Positions 51,056-53,702 of a DNA stretch of 53,702 bases are shown here, in pieces. Every line of letters starts with the position of its first letter. Position 1 is the stretch's first letter. The stretch is from an uncultured Gammaproteobacteria bacterium (GTDB lineage: Bacteria > Patescibacteriota > Microgenomatia > UBA8517): the NCBI GenBank assembly GCA_964583105.1, contig CAZOUV010000005.1, positions 1 through 53,702 on the forward strand. Reading direction: 5' to 3'. The position numbers and the translations under genes were made by a program. The notes under the pieces were generated by a model, which worked only from the letters and a program-made list of their open reading frames with translations, did not search any database and was not told the origin of the DNA.

Positions 51056-52549
51056 TTATTTGAGGGAATTAACTAAACTCCAAATTTCTGCTTCGTCAAT
51101 TTTATTAACCAGAAAATAGTTTTGGCGTAAAAGATCCGCAATTTCAACAAAGGGTCTTGCATCGGGTGTAATTACAATAAATCTGGGTTTTTCCGAAGCA
51201 AGAACTTTAGCCACATCTTCGGTTTTAGAATAGTCCAATATATGATAATCAGCAACATATTTTATGGGAGGAAATCTTCTTGCTAGGGCGTAAATTGTTG
51301 AAGAATCAGGACTCCATATAAAGATGCGATCTTTTTTGTAACTAGAGTTTATTAAAAAATCGGCAATCTGATAATTCCTTGAAGTATATTTACCAAAGCT
51401 TGAAAGATATTTATCTTTATTGGTAATTCCACTAACATATTTAGCAAATCTTAGGTAGTAGGAGGCGGTAGGGTAGTACCAAAACTTGTAATATACGGGG
51501 ACTAGTAAGGCAATAAAAAGTGGGAGAACAATGAAAGATTGTTCTTTAGAAGACTGAGTAAATAGGATGCTCAAAAATATGACAATTGGCCCTACAGACT
51601 GTAAAAGATAGTGGGGATAGGGCCTTTCAGAAATAGTTGCTGCAAATAAAGAAAGCATTAACCAAATGGACGCAAGAACAAACGGCTTTGTTAGTTTTTT
51701 TCGGAATATGTAGGTAAAAGTTATTCCCGATAGTGCAATCAAAAATCTTATTAAAAGAGGAGCGTTTCTTAAGAGAAAACTTTTTTCTGCAGCTGAGGCT
51801 CTCCATGAGGATACATAACCAACGTTTTGCATAAATGCCGCTTTTACGTAATCTCCTAAATTTCCTGAAATCCCATACCAAATAAGGCTAATAATAACTG
51901 GTGTTAGAAAACCTACTGTTATTAAAAGACTGTTTTTAAATACCCTTAATAAGTTCTCTTTATTTAGGCCCTTTAAAATAAGCCAGAAAAGTATAATTAC
52001 CGGTAAATCCAAGAAAGCAGGAACTTTGACAAGGAACGAAAATCCGAACATAATTCCTGAAAAAATAAGGTTTTTTACGGTTAGTTTCTTACAAAGAAGA
52101 ATATAAATTGCGGCCAAGGAAAATACCATCATAAAGTTTTCGGCATTCGCGATATTTCCTTCAAAAAGGGGTATGGTTGTAAGAAGCGCAAAGAGAATGA
52201 CGGACAGTTTTTGAGTTTTAACCTTAGTTTCAAATAGCACTTTTGTAATTTTCTCAAAAAGAACAATTGAAATTATTGAGGCTATTGAAAGAAATAGTTT
52301 AAAGAAGACTATGTTTCCTGCAAGTGCGGCAATTAAGTAAAGTATGGGCGGTTTATTATCATGAAGACCTGAATAAAAAGGTAACCCTTCTTTTAAACCT
52401 TGACCTAAAGTTAAATAAATAGTTTCGTCTCCGTAATAATAAGGTTCAAAAAATGACGGAATTCTAAGTAGAAGGCAAACAAAAAGAAGAACTGCCAGCC
52501 AATTGGGTATATTTAACTTTTCCAAAAAAGCGTGGATTTTCTTTAACAT
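51056..52549 (-). CDS. GT-C fold glycosyltransferase (ArnT/PMT-like, polyprenyl-phosphate-sugar dependent)
   Basis: 497 aa. The first loop FFEPYYYGDETIYLTLGQ carries the DE motif of the GT39/GT83-like families. More than 10 TM helices and a soluble C-terminal domain. Confidence 0.7.
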   Translation of the reverse strand: MLKKIHAFLEKLNIPNWLAVLLFVCLLLRIPSFFEPYYYGDETIYLTLGQGLKEGLPFYSGLHDNKPPILYLIAALAGNIVFFKLFLSIASIISIVLFEKITKVLFETKVKTQKLSVILFALLTTIPLFEGNIANAENFMMVFSLAAIYILLCKKLTVKNLIFSGIMFGFSFLVKVPAFLDLPVIILFWLILKGLNKENLLRVFKNSLLITVGFLTPVIISLIWYGISGNLGDYVKAAFMQNVGYVSSWRASAAEKSFLLRNAPLLIRFLIALSGITFTYIFRKKLTKPFVLASIWLMLSLFAATISERPYPHYLLQSVGPIVIFLSILFTQSSKEQSFIVLPLFIALLVPVYYKFWYYPTASYYLRFAKYVSGITNKDKYLSSFGKYTSRNYQIADFLINSSYKKDRIFIWSPDSSTIYALARRFPPIKYVADYHILDYSKTEDVAKVLASEKPRFIVITPDARPFVEIADLLRQNYFLVNKIDEAEIWSLVNSLK

Positions 52550-52594
52550 CTGTTTATAACTTCAGTTATACGAAGTATAATACAATTCTAACAT

Positions 52595-53533
52595 ATGGAA
52601 ACGGCTTTGGTTACAGGCGGGGCTGGCTTTATTGGCAGTCATTTATGCGAGAAACTTCTTGAAATAGGATATAAGGTAGTTTGTTTGGATAATTTATTGA
52701 CCGGATCTAAAAAAAACATAGAACATCTTATAAATAATGCCAACTTTAAATTTATAGAAGCTGATGTTTGTGACCCTATTGAGATTGAGAATAAAGTGGC
52801 TTTTATTTTTCATCTTGCTTCTCCGGCTTCCCCCGTTGATTATCAAAATCACCCCGAAGAAACATTGTTGGCAAACTCTTTGGGAACTTTAAGTGTACTT
52901 AAGTTAAGCAAAGAAATTCAGGCAAAAGTCTTAATTGCATCAACCTCTGAAGTTTATGGTGATCCCAAGGAACATCCACAAAAAGAAACTTACTGGGGAA
53001 ATGTAAATTCTTTTGGACCAAGAAGTTGTTACGATGAAAGTAAAAGGTTTGCAGAAGCGGCAACGTATGTTTATATCAGTAAACATAAAATTGATGCAAG
53101 GTTAATTAGGATTTTTAATACATATGGACCGAGAATGCAGAAGGATGATGGAAGGGTAATCTCAAATTTTATTAATCAGGCAATAAAAAACGAACCACTT
53201 ACTGTTTATGGAAAGGGTAATCAGACGAGATCGTTTTGTTATGTTTCTGATTTAGTAGAAGGAATTATCAGAGCCATGTTTACGCAAGGAACCAAAAGTG
53301 AGGTAATTAATCTGGGAAATCCAGAAGAGTATAAAATTATCGATTTGGCAGACAAAATTAAAAAACTTACAAATTCAAGTTCAGAAATTGTCTATAAGGA
53401 TTTACCACCGGACGATCCAACACAAAGACAACCTGATATATCAAAAGCAATAAATTTACTTTCGTGGCAACCCCAGATAAATGTTGATGAGGGGCTTCAA
53501 AAAACAATAGAATACTATAGAAGTATAATTTAA
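52595..53533 (+). CDS. uxs: UDP-glucuronate decarboxylase (UDP-xylose synthase)-like SDR
   Basis: 312 aa. GGAGFIGSHL and ASTSEVYGDPKEHPQKETYWGNVNSFGPRSCYDESKRFAEA, which is near-identical in pattern to the UXS family. Confidence 0.85.
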   Translation: METALVTGGAGFIGSHLCEKLLEIGYKVVCLDNLLTGSKKNIEHLINNANFKFIEADVCDPIEIENKVAFIFHLASPASPVDYQNHPEETLLANSLGTLSVLKLSKEIQAKVLIASTSEVYGDPKEHPQKETYWGNVNSFGPRSCYDESKRFAEAATYVYISKHKIDARLIRIFNTYGPRMQKDDGRVISNFINQAIKNEPLTVYGKGNQTRSFCYVSDLVEGIIRAMFTQGTKSEVINLGNPEEYKIIDLADKIKKLTNSSSEIVYKDLPPDDPTQRQPDISKAINLLSWQPQINVDEGLQKTIEYYRSII

Positions 53534-53702
53534 ACTTTTTCCGTAACTTTATATTCAATGTATTTTCCAAGCATAAGGCGGGTGTGAGCATCAAGTCCAG
53601 GTAGTGCGGTAAAAATAAACGCAGCAACAGGCATAAGCACAAATTCAAGTGGACTTAAAATTAATTTCCAAAGAGGGTATTCTTTAGGTCTTTTTGGCCT
53701 GT
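53530..53702 (-). CDS. C-terminal fragment of an unidentified (probably membrane) protein; N-terminus outside window
   Basis: Reverse-complement frame ending at TAA (complement of 53530-53532) reads ...GPKRPKEYPLWKLILSPLEFVLMPVAAFIFTALPGLDAHTRLMLGKYIEYKVTEKV*, open to the window edge. The track ORF 53367..53648 is in another frame and overlaps uxs. Confidence 0.4.
   Translation of the reverse strand, partial: RPKRPKEYPLWKLILSPLEFVLMPVAAFIFTALPGLDAHTRLMLGKYIEYKVTEKV

Noticed and set aside
53367-53648. 93-aa minus-strand ORF overlapping the end of the UXS-like gene
   Set aside because: It overlaps 167 nt of a well-supported gene. A different minus-strand frame (stop at 53530-53532) stays open to the window edge and gives a plausible membrane-protein C-terminus, so I annotated that frame instead.
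1-53702. Alternative genetic code (UGA recoded, as in some candidate phyla)
   Set aside because: TGA clearly terminates well-defined genes, for example paralog P3 at 10666-10668 and dnaA at 27754-27756. All conserved proteins translate full length under the standard code.
1-53702. CRISPR arrays, rRNA genes, transposases or prophage genes
   Set aside because: Reading both strands, I found no regularly spaced direct repeats, rRNA-like stretches, IS-type transposases or phage structural genes.

Overview
Gene-dense (roughly 90% coding), AT-rich bacterial chromosome segment read with the standard code (TGA is used as a stop). It spans the replication origin: dnaN and dnaA on the minus strand, diverging from rpmH-rnpA-yidD-yidC-jag on the plus strand. 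DnaA boxes and a DnaA-trio-like TAG repeat lie in the dnaA-dnaN spacer. Other housekeeping content: comF, smpB plus tmRNA, two tandem tRNA-Ser, tRNA-Cys, valS, tsaD, a tsaC-tsaE fusion, rplY, RNase HI, and groES/groEL behind a consensus promoter and CIRCE operator. There are many envelope genes: SpoIID-like, VanW, two M23 peptidases, PEGA proteins, DUF4012, an O-antigen-ligase-like protein, and a polyprenyl-phosphate glycan cluster at the right end. Small gene sizes, a short ValRS, PH-domain membrane proteins and the gene families present suggest a Patescibacteria/CPR-type organism, perhaps Microgenomates-like; this is inference only. The standout is a ~17 kb type IV secretion-like locus (9495-26397) directly beside oriC. 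It holds eight tandem VirB2/TrbC-like pilin paralogs, an 821-aa Cys-rich secreted protein with an SLT-like end, and a VirB6/TrbL-like polytopic protein. It also holds a PrgI/VirB3-like protein, an apparently split VirB4 ATPase, an M23-peptidase membrane protein and a PEGA protein. An 872-aa orphan gene on the opposite strand interrupts it. No relaxase, coupling ATPase, VirB11 or integrase is recognisable in the window. All domain calls come from reading motifs in the translations; no database search was run.
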